Positions 1 through 49,611 of a stretch of DNA of 64,000 nucleotides are shown piece by piece. The notes below the pieces were generated by a model. It had not been told where the DNA came from, did not search any database, and saw only the letters and a list, made by a program, of their open reading frames with translations. Positions within the stretch are counted from its first letter, which is position 1. Each line of letters opens with the position of its first letter. The position numbers and the translations under genes are program-made. This stretch comes from Macrostomum lignano (taxonomy: Eukaryota), in the NCBI GenBank assembly GCA_002269645.1, contig NIVC01003019.1, positions 1-64,000 on the forward strand. The letters are read 5' to 3'.

Positions 1-415
1 TGTACACGAATCATTGGCATTCGGTAAGCCTTTTTCTTCATATTGCTTTAAACCAGTTGCATATTTTCTATGCAATACTTTATTTCTGTTGTAGAGTGAG
101 CAGGATTGCTGATCTAGAGGCTGCTGGGTACAACCTGGCTGACATCATGTCGATAACCGGTCAGGTTTCTGAAGGACAACTCGCCGTTACCTGTCCAAGC
201 GCCGTGATCGCTCGCTGCAGTCTACCAGTGAGGCTGTTTCTATGGCACTTGATTTGAATGGTTCTTCACAAGCTGTTGCGACTCCATTGCGTGAGAGTTC
301 ACCGGTGCCAGTACCTGTGTCGTCTTCCGTGCAGATCACCGGCATCAGTCATGACAATCCGTCGGTCAGGTACAGTTTCCACAACTGTTCATTCAATGGT
401 TGCAAATTTGAGTAA
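1..415 (+). pseudogene. Crypton-type tyrosine recombinase (DUF3504-like) 3-prime remnant with intron 24-94
   Basis: YTNH(C)IR | VSRIADLEAAGYNLADIMSITGQ...RRYL...YSFHNCSFNGCKFE*; two 1-nt indels (near 14 and near 175); runs off the window start. Confidence 0.7.
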
Positions 416-736
416 TGGACTCAACCGTCGTATTTTCTGGACTTTCTCCTGCTGTGTGATGAGAACATGACCATAGGTTAGACTTGCACTCAATTGACTA
501 AGCAGTGTTATTGTTGGAACATTTTTTGTTGGACTTCAATAAATATAAGAATTTCACGCTTCGTGTTACTTTTTTCGCCTATGGTATTGTTGTCCAGTCT
601 TGTTATTTTACCTCCAGAAAATGGCCGGTCATTGTCCGGAGGTCATTGCCATGAACAAATATTTCGGGCAATGAAGAGGAAGTCTTGTATAGCTCGATTC
701 TATCACTAATGATTTACTAATTGCTTGCCTATAGGG

Positions 737-1026
737 CATGGATGAAGGAATAGAAAGGATCGCTCATCTGAAAGCGAGTATATGGCCGAGGCTTCCTAAA
801 AATTGGGATATTCACCCCATGAATTTTATTGGCTGCTAGAATTTAATAATTGTACCCCCCCCCCTAAGTTCTTACAGGCTGAAGCTTATACTCGGAGGAA
901 ATTCCAAAGTCACGATTAACGTGCATGCTAGGCTGTAGTATAATGAACATAGAGAACCTATGCACGTAGACTCGTTACCATAGACTCGCTTTCAGATGAG
1001 CGATCCTTTCTATTCCTTCATCCAAG
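737..1026. mobile_element. MITE-like element with ~48-bp TIRs
   Basis: tggatgaaggaatagaaaggatcgctcatctgaaagcgagt is inverted at 979-1024. Confidence 0.7.
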
Positions 1027-1084
1027 CTATAGGGTCAATTGGCTTGAAATAATGCTATAGAGCATGGTGTGAGCCTTATATTAC

Positions 1085-1362
1085 CATGGATGAATAATTT
1101 AACCGGATCGCCAGAAGCTCGATTTTTTTGGTCCTAGCCATAGACAAGCACCAGCATCACAAGAAGCTCAGAATGCCGTACTTTCACACATTTTCACTTA
1201 TCCTACTAAGTATACTTATAAATAAAGGTTTGCAGCTTCTGCAGCGGCTATTTGTCTATGTGTGAAAGTACGGCATACTGAGCTTCTTGTGATGCTGGTG
1301 CTTGTCTATGGCTAAGACAAAAAATCGAGCTTCTGGCGATCCAGTTATATTATTCATCCATG
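1085..1362. mobile_element. MITE-like element with ~105-bp TIRs
   Basis: 1085-1190 is the near-perfect reverse complement of 1259-1362; both ends read CATGGATGAA. Confidence 0.75.
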
Positions 1363-1611
1363 TGTACTACCCGTTATTCCAAGCAGTTAGTCAAGTTGCA
1401 GGCTTTATTTTTCAACCATTTGTCTATGGGACATATATACATGCTCTATATGAGATAAAGCACGCTATTTCCGGGCACTATTTTAGGGCCCGAGAGCCGA
1501 TACTACGCGGTTTCATGCGGTTTCTAACGCTGTTCCCAGCTAAATCTCTGGGTGAAATGGCTAGCACACATCATTTAATCCTAATGAAAGCCGACATAGG
1601 TTTGGCGTTCG

Positions 1612-1635
1612 TTTTAGGGTTAGGGTTAGGGTTAG
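1612..1635 (+). repeat. Short interstitial (TTAGGG)n
   Basis: ttttagggttagggttagggttag. Confidence 0.7.
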
Positions 1636-2704
1636 CGTCGGCATTCAATTAACTATAGCGGCAGTCGAATTGTCAGCGGTCCGTATAACATTCCTATTAT
1701 ATTTGTCTTTTTGCTGTCCCTTCAGCAAAAATTAAACCGATGTTTATTAAACCATAAATATCGCTGTACGTCGGAAATATCTGCCCACGTCTCAACTCGT
1801 AACGTCGGATGGTTGTACGGTCTGGCAGTCAAATGTTAAACGTCGCGGACCCTTAGGTCTCTTCTAATCAGAGTTACTTAAGTTCGTCTAATAAGTCGCC
1901 GCTTTCATCGGGAAAAATAGAAATACGAGCGTCGTATGACGCCCATTGGCCTTATGAATACAACCCTATGCATCCGTATGCATTCATGTACAATAATATC
2001 AATACACAATACATTGATTGAGAATATTTGCAAACTCGGAGTCAATAGCCAAACGTCACAGTAGTACTTTTTAAACAGTGCACTGAAAAGACAAGAAAAG
2101 AATATTTTATTTGCCATCAAGGTTTGCTAGAAGCTTTTTGCCTTTAGAAGCAGAATATGTAGTCTCATTTTGGTCCAGCAAGTCTTCCCTGTGAATTGAT
2201 TCAAAGTACTACAAAATTTATAAAATATTACTAGTGAGATAAGGTAGCTACATATATTCCTTAACAGGGTGTGGTCTCGAAAACTGCAAGCCACACCCAA
2301 AAGATCATCAAAAGATTCATCACAAGCTTTAAGAATAATGCTCTTCCTACTCGTACTAGGGTGTAGCCTAGCGTACCTCGATTATAATTGGATTTAAGAA
2401 AGATCGATAGGTTCATTAATTTTTGTAATTATTTGTAAACTGAGCATCATTTTTTATTTTTACCAACAAAAGTAAGTTAAGGACGTCTTGAAAACAGAAC
2501 ACTGAATACTGCTACAAGATTCTGTGGCCAGTAAGAGAGAAGTTTCCACATGTCTTACGAGCTATAATCATAGCTGAATTTGAATTGAATTTAGAGTGCT
2601 TTCCTATGTGAACTTGATATCGTAATTACAAGTATAATACCCAGGTGTCCAAGATTCTAATGGAAAGTGCATCAGCATTAGCTTAGTCGCGCACACTTTG
2701 ACTG

Positions 2705-2958
2705 CATGGCTTGGGTCCGCTCATAAGTTTACGCCCCTTGAAGGCCGACCCCCAGGCACAGTAAAATTATATATACATGCTTAACGATAAATAAAGTTAG
2801 GAGGGCCACAATACACTCCTGTGCGACTCCGGTATGACTGCGTACGTATCCGCGCTTGTGTGCCTGCTTATGCAAATCGACGGAATGGGCAGTAATACCT
2901 CTTGCCGGTTGTGCGACAATATTGCTTAAAGTGCGGCACAACTTGAAGCGACCAAAAA
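2705..2958 (+). mobile_element. SINE family A, diverged copy
   Basis: Shares cgtacgtatcc...gggcagtaat.cctct.gccggttgtg...gcttaaagtgcg with the other copies; boundaries approximate. Confidence 0.65.
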
Positions 2959-3871
2959 ATCTTGCACCGTTTTCTTACCATGAATTTAAGTTGAAACCTT
3001 CGTTTCTTTCTAGTTGTAGGTCTGCTTTTCTCGTTCGTTCGGACCGAATGGGTACCAATGTAGCTTAGTAACGGGCGTTGTGGCAGTGACAGCTAGCCAA
3101 AAGTAGTCACTTTTTACAAGACGCAGACGCTATCACTGCAACAAAACAAATTCTCAAGGCCTGTATCCCCCATCAAAACCCTGTAGTTGAACAGTATTTT
3201 ACAAGGAAATAAACGAATACAAAAAAAATAATTTATGCTTACTGTAAGTAGAGAGCAGTGCTCCGGAACTGTTTTAGTCTTTTCCTCTGTCGAAGAGTAT
3301 CTTATTATAAGTTTAAGAAAAAGCGACGGAAAAGTGCAAGTTGGTAAAACTCGCAAGTAGTAGGTTAAGCATGAAGTTACCCAGTATTATTTACTGCACC
3401 AGTTTGCAGATCGAAACTTAAAAGTCAACGCAAAATCTGGGGCTAACTTAACTTGGTCGTCTGAGTGGAGTTAAAATAAAAATGAACACTTTCAAACGCC
3501 TTCACAATTGAAAAGCTTTAAGAAATCTTTTCATGCTAAAAAAACTAAAAATGAAATCAAAACAAAATGGTGCATTTTGAGAATTTATTTTGTAAAAAAA
3601 CAATTTTTACCACTAAAGCTCTAGAAGTTCAAAACACACTTCCATTGTTAGTATTTTTGGTGTTCTTTTTAAATTCAAAATAATTCCTCAAATTGCACCA
3701 TCAGATTTCGGAAAAATCCCCTATAGAGGACAAATAATTTTTAAAAAATGTTAAAAAGAAGAGCGACAGCAAACAAAATTGAGACGTTTTTGAGTACACT
3801 GCAATCTATGTGACAACTTTAGCCAATGGTTCATTAATTTGTGCGTCGCAAATGCAGGGCGCAAGACTTTG

Positions 3872-4600
3872 TTATTTTTCCTCTTCATCGTCTTCCACGT
3901 CTTCTTCCTCTTCGTCATCGTCCTCGCCCTCGGCTTTGTTAGCCCGTCGTTTGGCCATCTCGATGTGCGCTTCGACATTGTTTCGCAGAGTACTATTAGC
4001 CTTCACGACAAAGATGTTGTCGCCGTTCTGCAGACCCATAGCCTCGGGCGTGGTGTTGAAACTCACCTGCCTGTGCGGGATGCTGTTCTTGCTGCGAAGC
4101 CCGCCTACAAGCATGTCGCCAAAGAAGCCGTCGGTGGAGAACACAATATCAGGGTCCGTGTCCAGACCCATTCGGGACAGGAACGCCATCAATGGATACT
4201 TCATCGGCGCATCGACTAGCATCTTGAATCGAAGCTTTACCGTCCAACGGTCGAGCACGTTGTCGCTAAACAAGTCGACAGTTGAGCAGTTCATCTTCTC
4301 CTCGTAGACCATGAATTCCCAGGAGACTCGGCGGACGCGGAAGTACAGAAAGATCCATTTTGGCAGACCGCGACGCATTGTGATCTTGGCGCCGGCCCGA
4401 CGAGCGCAGGTCTTAGCCACGTCCTCGGCGCTGTTGTTCCGGTCGCACCAGGCGAAGACGGCATTGCTGGAGTTGTCGTAGTCGTCGTCGTCTTCGCTGT
4501 CCTCGTCGTCGCTTCCAGTTCCGGCGAAAGTGCCGCGAGGCAGCGGACCGAGGATTCGACCGCGCATGGCCTTGATGGATGATAAATATTGACCATGCAA
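3872..4600 (-). CDS. SUMO-like (ubiquitin-fold, Rad60-SLD type) domain protein with acidic tracts
   Basis: VKLRFKMLVDAPMKYPLMAFLSRMGL...FSTDG...TPEAMGLQNGDNIFV follows the SUMO pattern F-K-(V/M)-x3-(P)-(L/M)...G...TP-x2-(L/M)G-(M/L)-x2-G-D-x-I. There is no C-terminal di-Gly; D/E-rich stretches flank the domain; GC-rich codon pattern. Confidence 0.6.
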   Translation of the reverse strand: MHGQYLSSIKAMRGRILGPLPRGTFAGTGSDDEDSEDDDDYDNSSNAVFAWCDRNNSAEDVAKTCARRAGAKITMRRGLPKWIFLYFRVRRVSWEFMVYEEKMNCSTVDLFSDNVLDRWTVKLRFKMLVDAPMKYPLMAFLSRMGLDTDPDIVFSTDGFFGDMLVGGLRSKNSIPHRQVSFNTTPEAMGLQNGDNIFVVKANSTLRNNVEAHIEMAKRRANKAEGEDDDEEEEDVEDDEEEK

Positions 4601-4802
4601 ACTTACTCAGCATACATTCTAATCTTCGGACAAGTAAACTAACTAACTGGGCATTGGTTTGTAGGTTTCCATGGCTGGTAGTTCAGGATGCTACTATGTT
4701 CAGTAAAATCGAGGCTTTTATTTAACTATATTTACTTCAGTACAGTAAAAAACCACTAACAAAAGGTAACTGTGTCTAAATTAGTGCAGAAGGCAAATTT
4801 AC

Positions 4803-5246
4803 CTGAAATTCTGAATTGGAAGGCACGCTCGGACTTATTGGCATCCCAGTGATGCCAACTCGACCCTTGATGACGTATTGCTGACCGTCAAACAGCTCGT
4901 TACCGTAGATCTGCCTCAGGTGTCTCTCCATCAGCTGCCGGTTGCTGGGCGGTCGCTGCATTTGTCGAAGCTGCTGCCGCCGTTGAGCGCGCTGCACCCG
5001 AGCCACGGCAGCACCGGCAGCCGAATTGTTGAGGCTATTTGGAGCCGGTTCGAACTCGCTACCGGCAACCAGAGAATCTTTGCCGTACAGGTGGTAATTA
5101 TGCTGCTGCTCTTTTTTCTCTTTCTCTTCGAGTTCGTCTAGCAGTCGAAAGTTGTAGAGAGGACGCGGCTTTCGTAGCTCGCTAACGGAAAAGCTGTCAT
5201 CAAGGCGCCCATGAGGGGCATGGCCACGGATTAGTAGCTGGTTCAT
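4803..5246 (-). CDS. Probable upstream exon of the SUMO-like-domain gene (or a separate small gene)
   Basis: ATG at 5246 just after a ttttctag acceptor-like site; CAG|GTAAAT donor in phase 0 can join AAG|GCC at 4570 in frame (~379 aa total). Confidence 0.5.
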
Positions 5247-5564
5247 TTTCCTAACTAGAAAAGAATTTTTCTTTGACTGATTCTGATAGCGCGCAACTAA
5301 GCCGATGATCTACTAGTGCAACGATCGCTTTCGTTTCGAGCAGGGCAATTCAATTAGGGGCGACCAATGCACGGCCCATAGACTACACTTGATTGCAGCG
5401 AGTGACAGAGTTTATCTGCACGCATGTGTCTCGGCTGTCTAGGAACTTTTGAAGCGTGGAACGGGCAGTGAATTTTATAATACTAATCACTGATTAGCCA
5501 TAATTTCAATTCTCCTCTGCTACAAAAAATTGTATGCATTAGGGATTTTTTATTACATCTGCCC

Positions 5565-5759
5565 CACGGCTGCTTACGACTGTTCAGTCCATGGACTGGA
5601 AGGTCGCCACACACACCCTCAATTACCCACTTTACAGCTGGGTGAACTGAAGCAATGCAGAGTCAAAGTGTCTTGCTCAATGACACAAATTGTTCCAGTG
5701 AATCGAACCCCGACCTTTAAGTCGTGAGTCAGACGCTCTAACCATTAGTCTCCAGCTCC
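5565..5759 (-). mobile_element. SINE family B copy (3-prime truncated)
   Basis: Reverse complement shows A-box TAATGGTTAGAGC, B-box GGTTCGATTC and the same central domain. Confidence 0.75.
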
Positions 5760-6769
5760 ATTGTATTAGAAATAGGTATATTTATAAGGCAGACATGCAT
5801 GTACATAATGTCTTTGTATGTATTTGTTGTTATGAAGAAAAAGGGTCTGTTAAATAAAACACATTTAATACGCTACAGATTCATCAAGATTTCTGAAACA
5901 ATGTATTGATATTTTGCAATAAAATAGTTTCAACTACTCACGTGAACCAGCGCAAAGATAACTGAAGTCCAGACTGTACAGTTGAACATGTCGACATGCT
6001 ATTTTCTAGTGTTAAATTTTGCCGTCTAAAACTAGATAGAAGGAAAGGTTCTGATGTTTGTATTTATATCAGCTGCAAATCTCCCATGAGATTTGAACTC
6101 CCGAAAGCTTTTTATTGCATGCGCTAAAGGATTTGAGGCATGATGACTAGAAAGGATTTTCGCTATGCTTATGGAACATGCATTATGCATGATGGATTAG
6201 TGCACGTAACCCGGCATCCTGACTGACTGACCCGTGGACGGAGTGGTGACCTGCACCAGCTGACAACATTCCATGAAGCACGCAAAAAGACTTTGTTCCA
6301 AAAATGTCTAAAGTAGATTGACAGGAGTGCGTGCTCGGAGAGGATTAGCGTGCAATCTGACATTTTCACATTTTTGTCAGCTCGAAAACGGCCTCCGAAG
6401 CTTTTCTCATGCGTTTTTTGCAAATTTCTTTACCAGCAGTTAAAGCATTGAGTTGTTAGACTTTAAAGTGGCAATGTAAAATCAGGATCTTCGTTGGTCG
6501 CGTTGAGAATTCACCATCACATCCCCATAAAAACGATTTGCGTCACTAGTTACGTTTGCTGCTAAAAAGTGAATTGCATGGCTGCCTGACAAATTTGTCA
6601 CTTAGAGGCAGTCCGGTTCCAATCTCGTTTTTATTGGTTCATGGATTTCATGGATTTATCATGGATGCCTATGATGCTTTGTGGCGAAATGAACAGCAAA
6701 GTTTCTGTGGCTTCAGCCCTTTGCAAGTGGCGTTAATAGCGGTGGTTTTTTAGTATGGGATTGCAGCTA

Positions 6770-7052
6770 GTAAGGATTTTAGCCTAGTGCTTGAGCGTCT
6801 CAACTGAAATGTAGGCGTCGGTTCGATTCCCGATCCCACTAAAACAATTTGTGTCCTTGGCAAGACACTTAACTCTGCATTGCTTCAGTTCACCCAGCTG
6901 TAAAATGGGTGCCAGCATTAGCTGGGTGATTGAGGGTGTGTGGCAACCCCCCCCCCAGTCCTTGGACTGAACAGCCGTACGCAGCCTTCAGATGCGCCGC
7001 GCAATAGCTGCGACTGAGCTGTCGGTTGCACATCCGCCATTGGGGCAGGTGT
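6770..7052 (+). mobile_element. tRNA-derived SINE, family B, with CORE-like central domain
   Basis: B-box GGTTCGATTCC, then GTGTCCTTGGCAAGACACTTAAC...CAGTTCACCCAGCTGTAAAATGGG; shared with two other copies. Confidence 0.75.
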
Positions 7053-7179
7053 AATCAATAACTGTATGTATGTATACTAGCAATCAGCGCCCCCGTTGGG
7101 GAGCCAACAAAGAATGGAATACATTTTTTGAATGAAGTACATGTAGCTTCTCCTTGCAATAACCTCAGCAATTCCCCTT

Positions 7180-7380
7180 GTAAGAATTGACATCTCGGCG
7201 AATTCCCCCGTAAGCCTTGACAGCTCAGCTATTGTCCCCCGTGGGCCTTGACATCTCAACAATCCCCCTAACCCTAACCCTAACTCTAACCCTAACCCTA
7301 AATCCTTGACATTTCAGCAATTCTCCAAAGAGTCACAGCATTATAGTGATTCACTCCAAGCCTTGACAATTCTCAAATGA
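7180..7380 (-). repeat. (CCCTAA)n tract at 7265-7300 embedded in ~5 copies of ccttgacatctc.gc.attcccc
   Basis: Direct reading. Confidence 0.6.
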
Positions 7381-9369
7381 ATCTTCTATGTTCGACATGA
7401 CGCGCTTCTTTCATGTTTTACGTGACTCTTCTTTCTTTTTGACTTGAAACTGCTTTTATGTTTTACATGACGCATCTTCTATCAGCGCCCCTCGTTAAGC
7501 CTACCTCCGTGTTGCGTTCTATCACAGTGTTTCTGTGCTGCTAGATTTCTCACGGCATGATGAGCAATGACCGGTCAGGCCAACGCTCTGACCTTGATCT
7601 GGTCTGGCCTTGTTTCTGTCAGACCCCAAGACTGTTACTCGATAATTACGAGCGTGACTCTAATGAGTCAAAAACACCCCGTGGCAATCAATATTTCAGG
7701 CAATTAGTAAATAATAAATATTGTACATAAATTTGTGAGCATTGTATGTATATTTTATTTAGATGAAACTATACTCATAGTAATGACAATGTCACAATAG
7801 ACCTTAACAAACAATCAGTGTAGCACTTTGCAAGTGTGTTGAAAATTCGTTAAGCTAAAATGAAACGATAAAACTTGACGGCGCAATTCTTATGCATAAC
7901 AATATGCGCATGGGCCGTTTGAGTGCGTTGTTTGCAGATCGTTCATTTAGCAGGAAAACAAATAAACAAATAAATAGCAAAGCGAGCAAGAATAAACTAA
8001 AGCAAACTTACAAAGAACAAATTAGTAAAACTAGCAAACTGTAAAACAATACAAAAGCCGAGTAAATTATCCTAAAAGTCCATTATAAGTATTTATATAA
8101 AGTTTAGCGTATAATGTTTGCGATACCAGTTATTTTAGAGCAACGGGTACAAAATAACTGTAAGCTAAATTTCATGAATGAGGTCTGAAATTTGCAACCT
8201 ATTTCCGTCTTTCAAACTGTACAGTCGGCTTTTTGCAGGACAACGTTGGTTACAGTTTAAAAAAGTATAATGCAGATAAAATAATTAGTTAAGGTGCTTT
8301 TGCATGCGATTAGATTATTTGCTGGCGCCAGCGAATAAACGTGGAACAGATTTATGCTTTGACATCACAAAGGGCAACAAGGTGTGACATTTATAGATTC
8401 GTTTTTGCAAGCTTAATAGGGAATTTATTGAATTCAAATATCGTCATAAAGTTTGGATACGAGCGTAATATCAAATCCATCTGATTTGATAATCTGATGA
8501 TCACATCGAGCTAATTGGTTATTTTTCACTGTGTCTGCAAGCATTGAGACATTAAGAATCTGAGGTTAATTGCGTAGGTTCAAGAGCATTTTTACACCCA
8601 AGATGCAGAAAAGACAGCTTTTCGAAACCAGCGGAGGCTGCGATTAAATACAGGGAGATCATGCTCAAAATAGTGCGCTCTGCAATGCAAATACTACTCA
8701 TCTCTGTCAGTAGGAAACAAGCGCATTCATACTATTTGTTGACGCAGTAGATAAAATAATTGATTATGCATCGTGACTGAGTGGCGTTAATACCAAAAAA
8801 TTTGCGAAAAGAAAAATCAAACAATTTGCACAGCTAAAATTCAACTTTGCAGCATATTAAAATTTTGATTTTGGGGCGGAACAAATTCTATTAACAGCAG
8901 CACTGAGCACTCCATGTGTATGTGCTTAGAGCAGACTTTTTGAGCAGGTTTAAACGAATTCAGCCGCAGCACACCATGGGATAAGATAAATATAACTTTT
9001 GACAGCTTGTACTCAATCATTCTCAGCATATCTCGCCAATGCGTGCAACCCTTCCGTCTGATTTAGGGCAACAAGACAGTCCTAATCGTGTTTGGTTAGC
9101 CATGCAATTTGTCAGTAAAGTGCAGATCGTGGCTTCAATATTCGCCTTCGTAACTACAACTGTAGATGTATCGATTTGAGTAAATAAACAGTGAGACGGG
9201 TTCTAAAGAGGCCAAGCCTGAAAATAGACCAAATCAGAGCAGAATAAAAAGCCGATAGCTCGATAGACCGCGCCCGACAATCTATAAGAGGAGGAGGAAT
9301 TCCCTTTTCTCTCCTCCTTCTATCTTATTCCGCGGGCAGCGAGTGCATTTGCATATTCGCAATTTGCAA

Positions 9370-9375
9370 TTTATT
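9370..9375 (-). terminator. Candidate polyadenylation signal (AATAAA) of the active-zone gene
   Basis: tttatt on the plus strand, ~277 nt past the stop codon; motif only. Confidence 0.3.
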
Positions 9376-9651
9376 GGACCGAAACTGTCTCAGAGAGGTC
9401 TGAATCTCCTAGAGCTCTGGCAGCGAATTAATCAGCCAAAGAGATAGAGATAGACAGTAGAGAGAGAGAGAGAGAGAGAAGAAATGGCTTCGTTGGCTTG
9501 AGGGAGGCCACCATGGCCTCTAGATTCTGCAAGCCTCTTTTCCACTTTCATACTTTCTCTCACACGCATCCTCTTTCGCTTCCCTGGAGGCAAAGGCCGT
9601 CAGATTGAGGCCGAGTACGCAGCCCAGTGCAATTTCGGGGCTAAGTTAACT

Positions 9652-46878
<37,227 letters not shown>

Positions 46879-47119
46879 CTTCAGGAGGCGGCGGCGGTGG
46901 CACCTCCTGCTGACTCAGTTCGAGAGAATCTCGGCCATTCTCCGTGGATGGGCAGCGGTTAGCCGCTCCGCTCGATTGAAGGAATGACGGCCGGGCTGAA
47001 AAATAGCATCAGTGTTGGTGTTTTTCCACGGCTGTTTCTTAAAAGGTTGAGATTCATAATTTTGGTTGCTATTATAGATCTGTAAGCCAAATCGATACAA
47101 ATAAGAGAGTCGCATGTTT

Positions 47120-47955
47120 GACAGAGTATTTATCTGTTAGACAGGGGTTTCTACCATGTTAGAGACTAGAAACACTTGGTGTTTACCTGTTAGACAGAAG
47201 TGTTTATTATTTACGTGTTAGACAGTGGGTATTCATCTGTTAGACAGGGACTATTTACGTGTTAGACAGTGGGTATTTACCTGTTAGACAGGGAGTATTT
47301 ATCTGTTAGACAGGGACTATTTACGTGTTAGACAGTGGGTATTTACCTGTTAGACAGGGAGTATTTACCTGTTAGACAGGGAGTATTTACCTGTTAGACA
47401 GGGAGTATTTACCTGTTAGACAGGGAGTATTTACCTGTTAGACAGGGAGTATTTACCTGTTAGACAGGGACTATTTACGTGTTAGACAGTGGGTATTTAC
47501 CTGTTAGACAGGGAGTATTTACCTGTTAGACAGGGAGTATTTACCTGTTAGACAGGGAGTATTAACCTGTTAGACAGGGAGTAGTTACCTGTTAGACAGG
47601 GAGTAGTTACCTGTTAGACAGGGAGTATTTACCTGTTAGACAGGGAGTACGAGCTATTTACGTGTTAGACAGGGAGTATTTACCTGTTAGACAGGGAGTA
47701 TTTACGTGTTAGACAGGGAGTATTTACCTGTTAGACAGGGAGTATTTACGTGTTAGACAGGGAGTATTTACCTGTTAGACAGGGAGTATTTACCTGTTAG
47801 ACTGGGAGTATTTACCTGTTAGACAGGGAGTATTTACCTGTTAGACAGGGAGTATTTACCTGTTAGACAGGGAGTATTTACGTGTTAGACAGGGAGTATT
47901 TACCTGTTAGACAGGGGGTATTTACGTGTTAGACAGGGGGTATTTACCTGTTAGA
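47120..47955 (+). repeat. 22-bp minisatellite tatttacctgttagacagggag
   Basis: Direct reading. Confidence 0.92.
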
Positions 47956-48496
47956 GAGACAGACAGACAAGAAGTGCAGCCAAGACAACAAGTAGAAGAA
48001 ATTGGCGCAGAAATATGGTTAGAAAATCTCTCTTTAAATAGGACAGAATGGGGGTGAGTAGAACTTCCGCTCCTGAAGTTTGGCCAGCGGTACTACACTG
48101 CTTTTTGCGCCAAGAGAATAAAAGCAAGAGACAATGCGCCTCTTTCTTCAACTATCCGCAATCTTGACTGCATGGCCATGCTCTTCTGACAAGGCGCAGA
48201 GAACCTGACCCTAAACAAATCTTCCGTAATCTCCAAACGCCAGCTTTGCTCCAAATATGACTGTTTGTGGGCGTCAGCTCTTTTTCTCTGCGGACAAAAT
48301 ATTTTTCGTTCAGCTCAGTGAAAATAGGAAAAGTGCAGCAGGCTGATTCGCATTGATTTAGACTGCTTCAAACGGTGCACATGGTGCTTAGTTTGCCTTA
48401 TTAAAAGTTGTACTTGTAGTCTGTAGTGCTGCCAAAAAATTATATTCTAAATTATGCACATGGAACAGAAGTTTCTTGACGTCTAATTGGATTGTA

Positions 48497-49202
48497 GCTT
48501 CCCTCGGCTAGATAAAGCTTCCCTCAGATAGATAAAGCTTCCCTCAGATAGATAAAGCTTCCCTCAGATAGATAAAGCTTCCCTCAGATAGATAAAGCTT
48601 CCCTCAGATAGATAAAGCTTCCCTCAGATAGATAAAGCTTCCCTCAGATAGATAAAGCTTCCCTCAGATGGATAAAGCTTCCCTCAGATAGATAAAGCTT
48701 CCCTCAGATAGATAAAGCTTCCCTCGGCTAGATAAAGCTTCCTTCGGATAGATAAAGCTTCCCTCGGCTAGATAAAGCTTCCCTCAGATAGATAAAGCTT
48801 CCCTTGGCTAGATAAAGCTTCCCTCGGGTAGATAAAGCTTCCCTCGGGTAGATAAAGCTTCCCTCAGCTAGATAAAGCTTCCCTCAGCTAGATAAAGCTT
48901 CCCTCGGCTAGGTAAAGCTTCCCTTAATTATGCTAAGCTTCCCTCAGATAGATAAAGCTTCCCTCAGATAGATAAAGCTTCCCTCGGCTAGATAAAGCTT
49001 CCTTCGGATAGATAAAGCTTCCCTCGGCTAGATAAAGCTTCCCTCAGATAGATAAAGCTTCCCTTGGCTAGATAAAGCTTCCCTCGGGTAGATAAAGCTT
49101 CCCTCGGGTAGATAAAGCTTCCCTCAGCTAGATAAAGCTTCCCTCAGCTAGATAAAGCTTCCCTCGGCTAGGTAAAGCTTCCCTTAATTATGCTAAGCTT
49201 CC
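48497..49202 (+). repeat. 20-bp minisatellite agataaagcttccctcagat with a 260-bp higher-order duplication
   Basis: The variant unit cccttaattatgctaagctt recurs at 48921 and 49181. Confidence 0.92.
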
Positions 49203-49611
49203 GTAAAATGTACCAGCATCAGTAGCTTAACTGATTAATACCACCGTGTCTTATGAAGCAGTTTCTTCAACTTCTTCCTTAAGCCCTATTATTTATCAAA
49301 GATATGAAGGCTACAGAGCAAAGAAGAGAACTTCACACAGCAAACAGACGCTGAGGCAAAAGTAAACTTCTCAAAGAATTTACAGCCCCAGTAGGAAGGT
49401 AAAATCCACGAATCGATCTGGGACAAAAACAATAAATCCCTGCAGGTTGCATACTAAGCTGAGGCTCCTCGGCACTCATGGGCAGGAAGTAGGTTATCGA
49501 AAAACTTGCGCGTGACTTTTTTGAACTTTTTTCCGCACCCATTGTAACTCAATTTTGTCCAAATTTCAGATTTTTGATTGAGACTCTTCAAAATTTTAGA
49601 GATTCTTTAGA

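Noticed and set aside
5690-5759. tRNA genes at SINE heads (also 6770, 24965, 55082, 60443)
   Set aside because: They have A/B boxes but continue into shared SINE bodies and I could not fold complete cloverleafs.
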